64,000 bases of DNA, taken from Octopus sinensis (taxonomy: Eukaryota). The DNA lies in contig NC_043013.1 of NCBI RefSeq assembly GCF_006345805.1, positions 52,204,001-52,268,000 on the forward strand. Direction: 5' to 3'. Shown one piece after another: positions 12,548-27,827 of this stretch. Within the stretch, counting starts at the first letter, position 1; each line of letters starts with the position of its first letter. The notes below the pieces were generated by a model. The model did no database searches and was not told the origin of the DNA. It was given only the letters and a program-made list of their open reading frames with translations. Position numbers and translations under genes: made by a program.

Positions 12548-12792
12548 TGATTATTCTTTAACAAGAATATATATTTACATACGTATAAACACATTAACTT
12601 CTAGTCTATTATTATTTTGTAGTAGTAGTACTAGTAGTAATAATAATAACTGTAATAATGACAATAATAATAATAATAATAATAACAATATCGTGTATTA
12701 TTAGATATCACCATGTTTTGTCTTACATCAATAATGTGTAATGTGTCTATATACAAAAGACAATGTCTGTATTTTATAGATATCTATTATCA

Positions 12793-12830
<38 letters not shown>

Positions 12831-14233
12831 ATATGCCTGTCATAAAACATTGATGATATTAATCATTTGATGTCCTGTGCCTCAGCTTGTAGCTTTGATA
12901 TTCTTTATATTTTTGGTATCATTACAAGACATGTTGATATTCTCATTAAGTATCCAAACTACAATTGCTAAATTCTGACCGAACTGATAATATTTCTTTT
13001 TAATCTTTCAATATTTTGTTTATGTCTTGATATCCCATCACCACAGACCCGTCATCACATCATACACAAGGTTTGTTTCAGGTGCAGAAAGGGGATATAT
13101 ATATATATATATATATATATCTTATATTACACTGATGGTCACTCAGGTATCTGTGTGAATCGATGGTATGGGTTTAATCACATAGTTAGCTACATAAACA
13201 CACAAGTCATTCTCACAGACGAATATGTATTTATACATTTATAAATATATATATATATATACATACATATTTAAATATACACACATGTATACACACACAT
13301 ATAAACATATATATATATAGATACACACACACACACATACGTCTTACTACAAAACAAGCTAGGGCTAGTGACAGGAAGAATATCCAGTTATAGAATTTCT
13401 GCTACAAAAAACCAATTCCCATCCAAACCATGCTAGCAAAGAACAATGGATATTCCATGCATGAAGAAATAGACAAACGAAGCAAAACAAACACACACAC
13501 ACACACATAACATTTGGGTAGGGTGTATGTGTGTTTTAGCTGAAGTAAAGGTGATTTGGAAATGATGAAATTATTATAATCTTTGGAATAAACTTCATCC
13601 AAAACTGGTCTTCTGCACTCACTACAAGTTTTACTATCTTTATATTCTCTTTCTGTTGTTATTCTGGCTCTGGGGGTTGGGTCAGTGGCCCCCACCCTCT
13701 AATAGACCTTTATGTAGTTGTAAGGATAATACAGTTGATGGCCAACTTGTACTTTTGTAAATTGATATCCGTTACGATAACCTTATCCAAGATGGTTGTT
13801 TCAGGAAGGAACTGCAAATTTTTTCTCTTGTGTTCACTTATTGGTCAGTAATCTTAGATTTTATTCTGCTGGTATCACATAAAAAGCACATAGTGCACTT
13901 GGGAAAGTCAGCATTAGGAAGGACATCCATCTGTAGATGCCATACCAAGGCAGACAGCAGAGCTTGGTATAGACTTCTCACTTGCCAGTACATAGGTAGA
14001 ATCATCCAACCCATGCCAGCATGGAAAACAGACATTAGGTGATGATGACGATGATGATTTATAATTTATATTTAATAATTTAACATACAGAACTGGCAGA
14101 GTTGTTAGCACATGGGGCAAAATATTTAGCAGCATATTATTAAACGATAACATTTGATTAAAAATTCTTTAAAGAAAATGGAATAAGTTCTAGGGTTTAA
14201 AACGTTTGTGATTCAATATTAATGTAAATTCCA

Positions 14234-14672
14234 AGGCGGCAAGCTGGCAGAAACGGTAGCACGCTGGGCAAAATGCTTAGCAGTATTTCATCTGTCTTTA
14301 TGTTCTGAGTTCAAATTCCGCTGAGGTTGACTTTGCCTTTCATCATTTCAGAGTCAATAAATTAAGTTCCAGTTGCGTACTGGGGTAGATCTTATCAACT
14401 GGCCCCCTCCCCAAAAATTTTGGGCCTTGTGCCTAGAGTAGAAAAGAATATGATAAAGGTTATGAGCTGGCAGAAATGTTAGCATGCCAGGCGAAATGCT
14501 TAGCAGCATTTCGTCTGTCTTTACATTCTGAGTTCAAATTCCACTGAAGTCAACTTTGCCTTTCATCCTTTCGGGGTCGATAAATTAGGAAGCAGTTGCA
14601 TACTGGGGTAGATCGTATTGACTGGTCCCCTCCCCCAAAATTTCAGGCCTCGTGCCTAGAGTAGAAAAGAAT
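14234..14672 (+). mobile_element. Two tandem SINE family A copies
   Basis: Same head and body as 812-1043, CpG-decayed. Confidence 0.85.
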
Positions 14673-16294
14673 ATTAATGTAAATTCCATTTTGAGGTTTT
14701 TTTTTCTCATTTAATGTACTTGGGGAAAGGCACCAGGCTCAATCTAATCTGGCAGAGTTTCTACAGCTGGATGCTCTTCCTAATGCCAACCACTCCGAGA
14801 GTGTAGTGGTTGCTTTTTATGTGCCACTATGTCATACTGATGATTTCAAATAAGGATGAAATGGCTACGTACATCTGCAATTTTAAGATCTTTGTAATGA
14901 GTTGGAAAGAGTAATATTAAGTTTATATATTTTGTGCACCTTCTTCATCACTATTTGATTTCAAATTCAAACTTCCAATCCTGCCTAAACTTGATCTAGA
15001 AGTGTTTGTCTCCCTTACAATAGCTGACCACCAGGGTATGCCATGTGCATGAATTTAAATACAGTTATGCTTATAATTGTTTTATTACAGAAATCAGGAG
15101 CTGAGGTTCTGTGTATAACCTAAATATATTCCTCTGAGGGTTTACATTACAAGATCAATACCCAATAGAAGTAGTAGTTGTTGTTGTTATTTTTCTTTAA
15201 TCCCAGGTCATCCTTGAGTAAATCTTTAATCAAAAGCACTCCTTCCATGACTACACCATCATTCTTAGGTTTATTGAAGACCTACATTATTCAACATGTC
15301 CTTCCTTGTGTGAAATACCACGGAGATTTGCCTGCTTTTTCTTTTCTTGACTACACAGTGGTATTCCTTGTTGGCCTGTAGTAGTAGTTGTAATAGTAGT
15401 AATAATAATAATAATAATAATAATAGTGGTAACAGTGGTTGTGGAGTGTGAAAGGGTCGTTGTTATATGTCAACAAACAGGGTTTATAGTTAGAACCATC
15501 ACACATGGCTGTGTCCCCAGCAGCTGTTGCACTTTAAAAGGAGGGGTTAATAATCACAACCGCTGATATTAAAAGGGTTTACAAGGGGAAAAAGAAAATA
15601 ATATTCAAATATTCATTGTTTTTTTCCCCCTTCCTATGAGTTTATTTCAAAAAACAAAAATACAAAACAAATCAACAATAGAATGAAAATTTAAAAAATT
15701 TCCTTTTAAATTGTGATAAAAATAACTTTTGCTTTTTTTGCTGAAATTTTCAAAAATATTTTTAAATTTTTGTAAAATTTATTACTTTGGCTTATTTTTT
15801 GCTTTGGTGTTTTTTTTTCTAAGAAAAACTTGGATAAAAAATAATCTAAAAAAAAAATTAAGATAAAATATAGAATATATTTTTTTCAATCAATGCATTT
15901 TTCTTTCAATTTTTTTTATAAATCTTTTATTTGTATATTTTTTGTTCATTATTATCATTGTTATACTATTATTATTATTATTATTATTATTTGGAAAAAT
16001 GTTGGAAATGTTACAGTTGATTGACGCCATGTGTGTATAGACATGAATATTGATATATAGATACACATACACATTCAGATATATACACACACATACACAT
16101 ACATACAGATATATGCATGCACACATTTATATATATACACACACACATACATTCAGTACTTATACACAAACTGTAATACCACATATTCAGTTACTTTCAC
16201 ACACACACACACACACACATACGTATATATATATATATATATATATATACTAACACACACACACCCACACACATATATATATAACACACACATA

Positions 16295-16336
<42 letters not shown>

Positions 16337-18379
16337 TAACACACATACAGAAGTACATTTAGTATCCTATATATACACTCACAAACACATACATGCAGAC
16401 CTAAATACATATATACACACACTATATATATATGTATATATATACAATTATTTTTTTTAATGCAAAATACCTTTGCCTGTTTTAATTGCACTAATTATAT
16501 TAATATTGTTAATTAGCCATTTATGATGAAACCATGTAATTAATATTAATAATAATAATATGTTCTTAAATAGAATCTTCTTTCACTCCGGACATACTAA
16601 CTTCTGTATTACTATTGTTTATATCTGGAAACCTATGTAAAAATATTGAAGAGAGAGGATTATAGCTTCTGCTCATACTTGCATGCTGTGAACGATTCCA
16701 GTTCTTTTTTTTTTCTTTTTTCCTTTTTTCTTGTTCTTCAGTTCCAGCTCTGATTGAACCTGTGATCTAGCATTCTACCAGGGTCCACAGTGTCCAACGT
16801 GTCTTTCTTTTCTAAGACAGCAGGATGTGATCTGAGGGAGATATGGCTGCTAATTCTAGCTATGTGGAGTGACCACATAGAAGCCGCCCCATCGGCTTCC
16901 TACCTCCCCACCATAATGTTTTTCTCTCCTTGTTTTGCCATTTGAGTAACCTAGGCAAATTCGAACCATTTCGGTCGGAAGTCAACATCCAGAACTCTTC
17001 CTGTCTTTATATCTTCATCAAAGTTTTCAAGATTTTTTTCTTAGTTCCTCAAATATATTCAAGAGATTTTGTATTCTTCAACTTTTCAAGTGGTTCCTTT
17101 TGTAATCATTTTTTAATATTTTTCTTCATATAAATGACTAAGATAGAATTTTAGTAGTCGTAGTACAAGTAGTGGTAGTAGTGTAACTAGTGGTAGTAGT
17201 GGTGGTGGTGGTAGTGGCTCGTTAGTAATAGTAGTGATGGAGGTAGGGTGGGGGATGTTTGGAAGTTTACCAATTGTGAATTTAAATCATGAACAAAGTG
17301 GTTTAGCTATCCAGAACTTTTGACCGAAATCTTGCAAGACAAAAAGAGACAGCTCTTGGATTCCAGGGGTTGGTAGCTAGGTGGTTGGGTGGCAATGGGG
17401 TTGGTTTATTTCAGGTTTCAAAGAGTTCTGTGAGGATTTCATTTCTTTCGTTCTTTCTTTTTTGAGGTAGAGGCTCTTCAGATATTCAAGGTCCCATGGT
17501 CCCCTCCATGCCCTACACTGGTGATAGAGCCACTGATACATGTTATCATATAGGCCTTGCCAATATTACAGATTGCAGTTAGACAGTGATTGGTGGTGGG
17601 GGTCTCTGGTGAGTTTGGTTGGCTCTATGCAGGGGATGCCTCTGGGACCCCTAACCTAAGGTGACCCCAGCCCCATTGACAAAGAGCATAGAGAGACAGA
17701 GAGAGAGACTGAAATTTAAAATAAGAATTGAAACCCCTTGGGTAGGGTTTTGTTTTTTTAATTTTGGACCCTCTTTCTACCAAATACCAGTACTGGGTGG
17801 CACTGTGTCGATGTTACCAACATGAGACAGTAGTCAAGATGTGAATTTTAACTAAGCAAGAATTAAATATATCTGGAAATTATTAAAAGACCTGTTTAAT
17901 TATTTACAATGATTGAACAATGAATTGACCCCTGGATGAAGCCTTGAAAGGGGTTTCATATTGGTCAGCTTCACTTAAGCCTAAGGGTCAGATTCTGGCA
18001 CCCAGTTGTTCCTTACAGCTTTCTGAACACAACTGAAGTAAACTGCCTTAATATACAAGAGTACCAGTAATATCCTGAGGTTGATTTAGTCAGTCAATTA
18101 GCTTTACAAAACAATTTAGCACCCTTCCTCCTAATAATAATGTCAGCCTAAATGACCTTACAGGACTTTTGTTCTTCTGGGGTCAGAGTTCAAACCCATA
18201 CTCTGATTTGACCTCTGTCTCTTTTAAGATGCTGGTGTGTGGGTGTCATTGTGTTGGATGGGGTAGGTAATAAAATCAGTACCAGTAATTCACTTGGGTT
18301 GATCTAATCCTGTATCAGTGGTGGTGGAGGTGGTTGCACTGAAGATTTAAAAAAACACATTCCCCCCCACCTAGTTTTG

Positions 18380-18770
18380 GGTCCTTCTACACTGCTCAGT
18401 TCCTTGGATGGCTTTAGTTTCTTGGCACGTAGTTTTGCACAATAATGGTCATTGTATGCCATTCTTGGAATCTCACCATGAAGCTTTCTTTATTCATTGG
18501 TTTCTAGTCAATTAGCTCTCTGGTGCTTCTTCGGTAAGCACCATGCCCACAACATAGATGTGTTAGTCTTTATGACTGGAGTGGACGAAGGTCCTACCAC
18601 CATCATCACTGTCAATCTTTCTGCTCTTTGTCCAACTCACTTCACTTAAGCCTAAGATGTCCAGCTAGTATCTATCAAACTCTCTCAACAATTGGGTTAG
18701 TCTTCCAGTTTAGTACAGTTTTTGTACATTCTAAGTTCCAGTCTTAGCTGTGGCTTTGGTCCTCAGAATC
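18380..18770 (-). mobile_element. Decayed RTE-type LINE apurinic endonuclease fragment
   Basis: Reverse strand reads KTGT*NVQKLY*TGRLTQLLREFDRY*LDILGLSEVSWT...MTIIVQNYVP (GTWNV / LDILGLSE / IIQxYAP motifs) with stop codons. Confidence 0.8.
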
Positions 18771-19489
18771 AGGTTCTTTGATTAAAACAGAGGTCACATG
18801 ATTTACCATATTTAATAAGATTAGGCTGGTTTCCAGCTTGTTAAATTTGTCCTTTGCTATGGTGAAGTATTCTGTGGTCACAGACTCTGAAGATATCTTC
18901 TTTCCACCTATCTTCTGTCAGATTTTGGAGGCCCTGTTAAGGGCCACAGACTTGCCCTTTCCCATTCAAATAAAACCATTAAAAAAATAACAATAAAATT
19001 TTTTTTAAATAACAAATTTCAGAAGTTTAACTTTTTTAATTAAATTTCTGGTTTTCTAACTTTTAATTTTTTTTTTTTGTTAAATAAAAAATATTCTCAA
19101 TATCTCCCCCAGAAAAAACTCCCACCCCAAAAGATTACCCCCTACCAAAACAAAAAAAAAGCCATCCCATGAAATTTTTATGTTTTGTTTTTTATTTTTT
19201 TTGCATTTAATTTTGATTTTGTTTTTTAGAGTGTTTTCTTTTTTGTTTATTTTAGTTTGCTTTTTTGTTTTGTTTTCAATTTTATCCCCTCCTACCAAAA
19301 AAATATTTTTAATAAATAAACAAATAAATAAATAATTTTGCCTTTTTTATTGTTTTATTTTATTGTTTTTGTTTTCATTTTAATTTTCATTCTAATATTT
19401 AATGTTGCCTGTTTTTTTTTTTCTCCCCCTTTGATTTATCTTTCCCCAGTGTATCACTGGTTGTAATTTCTCCATAACAAACTAATTTC

Positions 19490-19690
19490 ATGGTGATGTG
19501 ACTGAAGTATCAATGTGTGACTTATAGTGTATGGCAGTGTGACATGACGTAGGATGATGTGACTGAAAATTATGGTGACATGAGCTGAGATGTAAGATGG
19601 TGTGACAGAAGATGAATGGTGGTGTGACAGGAAATGTAGGGTGGTGTGACAGTAGGTGTATGGTAGTGTGACAGAAGGTGTGTGGTGGTG
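19490..19690. repeat. Degenerate ~22-bp minisatellite
   Basis: Recurrent GTGTGAC motif at roughly 20-23 bp spacing. Confidence 0.6.
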
Positions 19691-22622
19691 CAACAAAAGA
19701 TGAAAGGATGAAATAGAAATGGTTTTTATACCCATTCCTTACCTTTAGAGACCATCATCACTAGGTTACCAATTCTAGCAACTACTGTTATGGTTTATTG
19801 AATAACTAAGAAATAATGAAGTTACTTGGAATAATATATAGGAATATATATGTTCTAAGAATTACAGAAGAACCAGAAATAAATGAATATGAAAATAAAA
19901 TGAAGTTTTAAATATTTAACCCCATGAAGATAGTGTCCCAGCATGGCCACAGTCCAATGACTGAAAGGAATAAAAGAAAATATGGAAAAATGAATATCAG
20001 CTAGTTTTATTTTATTTATTTTTTTCTTAGTGTTTCCTCCAATTTCAGACAATAGCATACTAGGTATGTTCTTTCCCAGTCCATTTCATATATCTGGTTC
20101 CATGTTTGACTGGTTGTATAGAGTATAGAGAGGCAGTCAGAGTTTGGCATTTATTCCATGTTGCTGTTTGGTTTAATATCTATGTATGGCTAAAGGTCAA
20201 TGATGTCTTAGAGGTGGAATGGACTATTGAGTCTGTGGTCTTCATTTGTTTGTTTCTTTGGATTTATTAACAGTGGTGGGCACCTCAGTACAAAAGTTGG
20301 TTGCATTTTGGTAATTTTTGACACAACATCAATTTTGCTGTAGGATGTATTTTTGGTATTTTGGTGCCAATATTGAATACTGTTGTTTGAATCTCTTTGA
20401 GCAAATCTTTCAAACGAGCTGAAGAACCATCTGTAAGTTTCATGTGTCTGAAAATGATGAATATTGTTCTTCAAGACCATGTTGTATACTCTGTGGCATG
20501 GAGAGGTAGATGTCCGTGCTATCAATGTCTTCTTGATGCAGTTAGAACCAAGATGCTTCACGGAAAGATGGACCAAGAATTACCGTCCCACAACTTTGGT
20601 AAATTTTTGGTGTCATGTTGTGTGTTTCTGCCAATAATTGTAGCTGAATTGTCTTTGGGGTGCTGGAGTCTCCAAAATATACCATCTGATGTGACCTGGT
20701 GTTCAACACAATAATAGTAACTAGCAAAGCGTCCCTACCCTGAGTTGAGCAACAATAACAGATTTGTGGAAACATGGTATGTTTCCACAAATCTCATTGG
20801 GTCTTGAACTCATGTTTTGTGTCCGTGGAGCTCATTCTTCATAATCCAGGATTCAGCTCGACAAATGGTCTCTCTTTTATGACTTGATTTTCCCAATATA
20901 GCAGCTAAATCTTCAGCGATCTATTTCCCTGCTGTCTCTTATATAAGAATTCCCTGCAACAAAACCTAAATCCAATCCCAGAATCTGTTCCTCACTGCAA
21001 TATTGACTGGAATCATTATCAAATTTGCTTTGGAATTATTTAAATATTTGGAATTTCTTAAACAAATGGAATTCATTCTTGAAGGAAGAATTTTAACTTT
21101 TTTTCTCTCTTTTATACACAAGGCGTTACTATTTTCATATTCCGTCTGAATAATTTGGCTTGGTTCTTATTGTCTTTGATACTAGTTACCTTTGTGGTTG
21201 GTATCGTGTTTAATGTTGCAGTTATTGTCGTAGTAGTCCTATTTCTAGACGGAATAACAAAGAAAGCATTAAATTGTGTTTAACTTTATTTTCTTATTTC
21301 AATATCTTAAGCTATTCTCTTGATATCTCTTTTTACATTCAATATCTTGTACAAAATTTAATATCTTCTACATTTGATATTTCTTAATTCAATTCCTTCT
21401 ATATCCAAAGCAATATTTTCTTTCTTATTTGATACAACATTTAATTCTCTCTATATTCTTCATCTTGTTCTCAATGCATCTATTTCTCTCCCTCCATCCT
21501 CTTTATCTCCCTCCTCTCTCTCTCATATATATATATACATATAAAATTTATCTCTCTATCCATGCTGGTTGTCCAAGAGATGTTACCAACAAGACAAATA
21601 CATAAACCAAATTTTTATTCCCATATAAAACAAATTCCAATTATTTGTGCTTTTAATGTTCTGTGGGGAAGCATGAACACAACTACTTCACCGTTCCCCC
21701 ACCTTTGAATGTAGTCAATAGCAATTTACATTTTATTACTTTGCTAAATCAAGCAACGATTCTTCACAAGTATTTGGTATTTTTTGTTATGAATGTACAA
21801 ACATACTTGCAAAATTGCTATAGTCATAAACATGTGGTTAAGAAGCACATGTCTTCAACAAAATGGTTCTGGGTTCAGTCCCACCGCACGCTTAAAGCCT
21901 TGGCTTAATGAATATTTTATGAATGGAATTTGGTAGATGAAATAGTACAAAAGTTCAGTGTGTGTCTGTGCAACCATAGATGAATGTACATGTATATATA
22001 TGTGTGTGTGTATGTGTGTGTGTGCACATATATTCATACCCACTTGTATGTATCTTATATTGTGGCACCAAGCTAACCAATCCCTTGTGAGGAAATCTGG
22101 TATATGGAGACTATATGAACCCTGTAATATCTATTTATCTGGGAATGCTTACATCCTGTGCTTTGCATGAAAATGTGCTGAACTAAAAACGGTGATGGTT
22201 TGTTGTCATTTCTCCTGTAAACAAATTGTATGTTAGTTCTGCTTTTTTGAAAATGTGCAGAAAAATCAAAAGACCTCCTACTGGAAAAAGAGGTAATGTT
22301 AATGACAGGAAGGGCATCCAGATGTAAAGTTAAGCCACAATAACAAGTATTCATCTATCCCCAACCTAGAATAGGAAAAGCAATTTAAATTAAATGAATA
22401 TGATAGGACGATTGGGATGGAATCAGTGTCAGGGGTTTCATATCATTAGCATTTGTGTTGATCATGGCTATATAACTTAGCTCTTGGTAGCCCTGTTCAC
22501 TTGGCTGTAAATAGGTACCACAGCATAGCATAATGTGTAAGTAGCAGGAGCGCTGTATATTTAATGTGCTTCCAGTTGTCTTGATTGCACCATTCTTTTC
22601 CATCTTAAGCCAAATTGCTTAA

Positions 22623-22832
22623 CCCTTTCGTTACTGTATTTATTTTGAAATACTCTCTGTTTCTTTCAGTTACTTCAAATATAACAAAGAATTTAGTAAA
22701 ATAACTTAGTTATTATTAAGCTAGTGTTAGGAACATAAATTGTGACTAAGGTTCGATGGAAGATTTTAATTCAAAACTCATGAAAACAAGACATTTGTAC
22801 TCAGAGCCAGAGCCGGGTTGGTAACGAAAGGG
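22623..22832. mobile_element. piggyBac-type MITE (210 bp)
   Basis: TTAA|CCCTTTCGTTAC ... GTAACGAAAGGG|TTAA: perfect 12-bp TIRs with TTAA target duplication. Confidence 0.9.
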
Positions 22833-24269
22833 TTAACCATGTTGTCGTCTCATCATCATAGAGGTTTTCCAAGTGGCCTTTTCCCATCTTTTGGATATCA
22901 CTCAGCAACTGCACAGGTCCACCTGTTGTCTGTGAACCTTGTGGCATGTCTGGCCCAGTGGAATTTGTGCTTTCGATATTCTGCAAACACATTGGTCACT
23001 CTGCTCTGTTCTTGAATGATCTCATTTCAAATGTGCTTTCTTAATATTGGATTCAAATTCTCCAATTGACTGGTATTGGCTACATCCACGTGCCTAAAAG
23101 GCATGACCTTTGACCTTCGTATGAGAGGGTCACATGAAAGAAATTCTTGTTTGGTAATTATATTTCTTTCTTTATTGTTCCATTGGTACTACCATTAAGG
23201 TGGCAGTCAGTTGGCAGAATTCTTCAAATGGCAAATTTTATTAAAGTCACTTTATGTTCTGAGTCATATTTCACCAAATTCAGGTCGTTTTCCAGTCTTC
23301 AGCACCAGACATTTATTGTAGTAAATTTAGAAATTTACTAAATGGAATTCTAATAGAAGATTAAGAAGACTGCTTTAGATAAAACTAATAATATGGCATG
23401 TGGTTTGGAGGTTAGGGTTGTTAGCTTATGATTGTACAGTCGTGAGTTCAATTCCCGGTGATACTTTGTGCCATTGAGCAAGACACTCTATTTCATGTTG
23501 CTCCAGTCCACTCAGCTGGCAAAAATGAATTATACCTGTATTTCAAAGGGGCCAGCCTTGTCACATTGCATGTCATGCTGAATTTCACTCGGAACTACAT
23601 TAAGGGTGAAAAATTATTGCAGCCGTAAATCCTTATTAAGGGTAGAGGGATTATTGCAACTGTAAATCTTTATCAAGGGATTATTGTAGTAGTTAAATAC
23701 AAGAACCAGCAGATACTAGCATTTAATTTCAAGTTCAAACTCAATCAGAACTTTGTCTTTGCTCCCACAAAAGGGGTCAATGAAATGGGTACAGATCAGC
23801 TGACCCCTTCCTCAATCAGTCACCTACATGACCCCTTTCTATGAAAATTATAATCCAACTAGATTATCTTATAACGGATAATCTAGATGGATTTCTTTAG
23901 AAATCCTCATTTAACCAACAGATCCCTGTATAAGGTTCATTACTGTTAATTTATTAAGGCATATACTCTGATTAGAAACACTGGCCCTATACTGTGGAAA
24001 TGGGGTGAAATGCCTTTCTCAAGAGTTTATTGTCTAATGTGAGAGAGGGGTGCTTGCATCAAGCGGGGATTGAAACTGCAAAGCAAATTTTGAATCAGTG
24101 AGTTCTTATCTCTTGTTCAGCAATACTCACTGCATTACAGCTAACATATAATAGCAGTAGTGCTCCAGCATGGCAACAAACCAGAGAGCATAAAGACTAT
24201 AAAGCTGTAAAAAGAGATGCAATTCTATTGAGAATTTCTAGGTGTCTTTGAAAATACACTTGCTGGACA

Positions 24270-24335
<66 letters not shown>

Positions 24336-25237
24336 ATGTATGTATATATATTGTCCAGAATCCCATGAGTTAGACAAAAGCAAGCACTCATTCTGTGTAA
24401 CAGAGGAGAAAATGCTTAGTTTGTTATGTTCTGGGTTCAAACGCTGCTGATGTCAACTTTGCCTTTTATCCTTTCAGGGTCAAGAAAATAAGTACCAGTC
24501 ATGTACTGGGATCAATGTCATCAACTTACCCTGCTACTGAAAATAACTGTTTTTTGCTAAAATTGGGAAGGATTATATATGTAATATCATAGTCTCATGG
24601 TAGCCAAATTGCCAAATGGTTTCATGCCAGAAATAGGGAGGCAAATCCAGCAATCATCAGATATGCATGAATGGCAGAGCATGGTCTGAGCTCTTTGCCA
24701 CTGGAAGCCTGAAAGGGTCATATGGGATTTATAGGGTTTTGAGATTCCATTAAAAGCAGAAAGAAATTCATGGATGCAATATATCCAAGAGGAGAAAGAG
24801 AGTGTGTGTGTGTGTGTGTGTGTGTGTGACTTTATATGGAAATGGTTCTTGGTCTAAAACACGAGGGTTTATTAATTGTATAGCTGTAGTGTGTCTGTTG
24901 GCACAGATGGTTGAGAGCTATCTTAGTTTCTTGACAATAATATTTAGTTCAGTGCCTCATATCTCTGAGTTCAATTCCTGCCAGAGCCGAATTTATTAGT
25001 CATGCCAGGAATAAACTGGAATTAATATATTTAAATTATTAAATCTCTATTAGTATTCAAACTGGAGTTGAATTAGCACAAACAAATGGTCTTACTTTTT
25101 TGTTGTCTGTTGTAGCAGTGGTTGTAGTAGTATTAGTGGTAGTTAGTTGCAAATATAATCTACCCTTACTCGTTTATACTTTTATAATTACAGGGTTTAA
25201 TCTCATAGAATATTTTTTATTATCATTATTATTATTA

Positions 25238-26700
25238 AGGTGGCGAGCTGGCTAAATCGTTAGCATGTTGGGCGAAATGCTTAGCAGTATTGCATCTGCC
25301 TTTACGTTCTGAGTTCAAATTCAAGCATGGCTTATCCTTTGTTTTTCATTTTTTCGGGGTCAATTAAATTAAGTACCAGTTGAGTACTGAGGGTCGATGT
25401 AATCAACTTAACCCCTCCCCACAAATTTCAGGCCTTGTACCTATGGTAGAAAAGATTATCATTATTATTATTAAGGCGATGAGCTGGCAGAATTGTTAGC
25501 ATGCCGAGTGACGTGCGGTTTTGTCTGCCGCTATGTTCTGAGTTCAAATTCCACTGAGGTCGACTTTGCCTTTCATCCTTTCGGGGTCAATGTAATTGGC
25601 TTATCTCCTCCCCCTAAATTTCAGGCCTTGTACCTTTACTAGAAAGGGTTATTAAGGGGATCAGCTGGCAGAATCCTTAGCATGCCAAGCAAAAATTCTT
25701 TGTGGCATTTCTCCTGGTTTTACATTCTAGGTTCAAATTCCACCGGAGTGACTTTGCCTTTCGTCCTGTTGGGATTCATAAAATAAGTACCAGTTGAATA
25801 CTGGGGTTCAATGTAATTGATCAACCACTTCGCCAGAAATTGCTGGCCTTGAGCCAAAATTTGAAACTATTATTATTATTACTATTATTCGTCTGTCTTT
25901 ACATTCTGAGTTCAAACTCTGCCAAGGTTGACTTTGCCTTTCATCCTTTCAGGGTCAATGAAATAAGTACCAGTTATGCACTGGGGTTGATGTAATTGAT
26001 AACCTTCCTCCCCCAAAGTCTCAGACCTTGTGCCTATTACTAAGGCAGTGAGCTGGCAGAATTGTTAGCACGCTGGGCAAAATGCTTAGCAGTATTTCGT
26101 TTGCTGCTATGTTCTGAGTTCAAATTCTGCTGAGGTCGACTTTGCCTTTCATCCTTTCGGGGTCGATAATTTAAGTACCAGTTACGCACTGGGGTCGATG
26201 TAATCGACTAGCCCCCTAACCCAAAATTTCAGGCCTTGTGCCCTTAGTAGAAATTATTATTATTATTATTATTATTAGTAGTAGTAGTAGTAGTAGTAAA
26301 GAGCAGTGGATTAGCGGAATTGTTTGAGTAGCAGAAAAAAAATGCCTTTTGGTATTTGTTTCAGCCCTTTGCATTCTGAGTTCAAATCCTGCTGAGGTCA
26401 ACCTTGCCTTTCATGCTTTCAGGCTTAATTAAATAAATATGAGTTGAACACTGGAAGGGTTGATGTAATTGACTTCCCCCTCCCCTCAAAATTACTGGTA
26501 CTGTGCCTAATTTTGAAACAGTTATTCAAGATAGCAGTATTTTGTCCATCTGTATGTTCATCAGTTTGAATTCCACCAAGGTGGACTTGGACCTTCATCC
26601 TTTTGGGGTTGATAAAATAAGAACCAGTGGGGGTGGGGGTGGGTGTCAATGTAATCAATTAGTCCCTTTCCCCAAAATTTCAGGCCTTGTAGAAGAAAGG
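25238..26700 (+). mobile_element. Head-to-tail cluster of about 7 SINE family A copies separated by (TTA)n
   Basis: Repeated GAGCTGGCAGAAT...GAGTTCAAATTC...CTTTGCCTTTCATCC...GGCCTTGT units. Confidence 0.85.
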
Positions 26701-27037
26701 ATTGTTATTGAGATTGAAGAATATCAGAATCGGTAACTCTCAGGAGAAAATGGTTATAATTTAGTTATGTCACCTCAAAATCTTGCTAGAGACACCTTTT
26801 GCTTTCAAATTTTTGTATATGTGTGCGTATGTATATGTATGTAGATGTATGCATGTGTGCATGTATGTATATATATGCATATAATATGCGCAGGAGTGGC
26901 TGTGTAGTAGGTAACTTGCTTACCAGCCACATAATCTCACTGCTTGACACTTTGGGCAAGTACTACTTTCGCCTCAGGCTGACCAAACCCTTGTGAGTGG
27001 ATTTGGTAGATGGAAACTGAAAGAAGCCCATCAGTGC

Positions 27038-27195
27038 CCACTACACTCGCGGAGTGGTTGGCGTTAGGAAGGGCATCCAGCCATAGAAACATTGCCAGAT
27101 CAGACTGGGCCTGGTGCAGGCTTCTGGCCTCCCAGACCCCAGTTGAACTGTCCAACCCATGCTAGCATGGAAAGCGGACGCTAAATGATGATGAT
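27038..27195 (+). mobile_element. Short RTE 3'-end copy (same tail as the 37598-39955 LINE)
   Basis: Near-identical to 39781-39955. More decayed copies at about 565-745, 1520-1700(-), 6405, 8060, 13895 and 14730(-). Confidence 0.85.
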
Positions 27196-27214
27196 ATATA
27201 CACACATATATATG

Positions 27215-27287
<73 letters not shown>

Positions 27288-27720
27288 ATAATAATTAATA
27301 TTAATATTCGGGAAGTTATTTCTGAGTCCACAGGGGAGAGAAGTTCAATTTAGTGGTACTAAAATGAATTACTGTATTATATACATATATATATATAGGT
27401 TTAAGAGACAGAATCACCTTCAAGCAACTCAATCATCATTGAATGACATGTTTTTTAAATGTTAATAAGAATTATCTCCCCTACAAAGTAGCTCTCAAAG
27501 TTGGATTATACAATTGCTTGTAGCCATGTTTAATTCATGGAGAGAAAATTACCATACAGATAAGTTAACATTTCCTTTTACTAATATTTCTTCTACTTTT
27601 ATTCCACATTTCTGTTCTTTATTTACTGAAGTAAAATTATTCCAACAACTTCTAGTTATATAATTTTAGTTTGTCATGTCTTAATATAGGATGTAAATAG
27701 CAAAATAAGTTCATAGAAGA

Positions 27721-27827
27721 TAGACCTGAAGATTGGCAATATAATCGTTTTAATATGGTATTGTATTTAGAGACATTCTATTTCAGCAATATCAAGTAAT
27801 ATGTTGCCATGAAACGCGCGTAGTCTA
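27721..27827 (+). ncRNA. Type I hammerhead ribozyme motif with long loop 2
   Basis: tagac-CTGAAGA-t-tggcaatat(58 nt)atgttgcca-t-GAAA-cgcgcg-TA-gtcta. Perfect stem I, 9-bp stem II, palindromic CGCGCG stem III, GUA site. Confidence 0.75.

Noticed and set aside
13402-13815. Possible minus-strand exon (ORF with CxxC)
   Set aside because: Frames from the nearest acceptor hit stops, and no family was recognised.
20208-20790. Overlapping 80-120 aa ORFs in complex sequence
   Set aside because: No recognisable domain or splice-consistent exon. Possibly an old transposon remnant; needs BLASTX.
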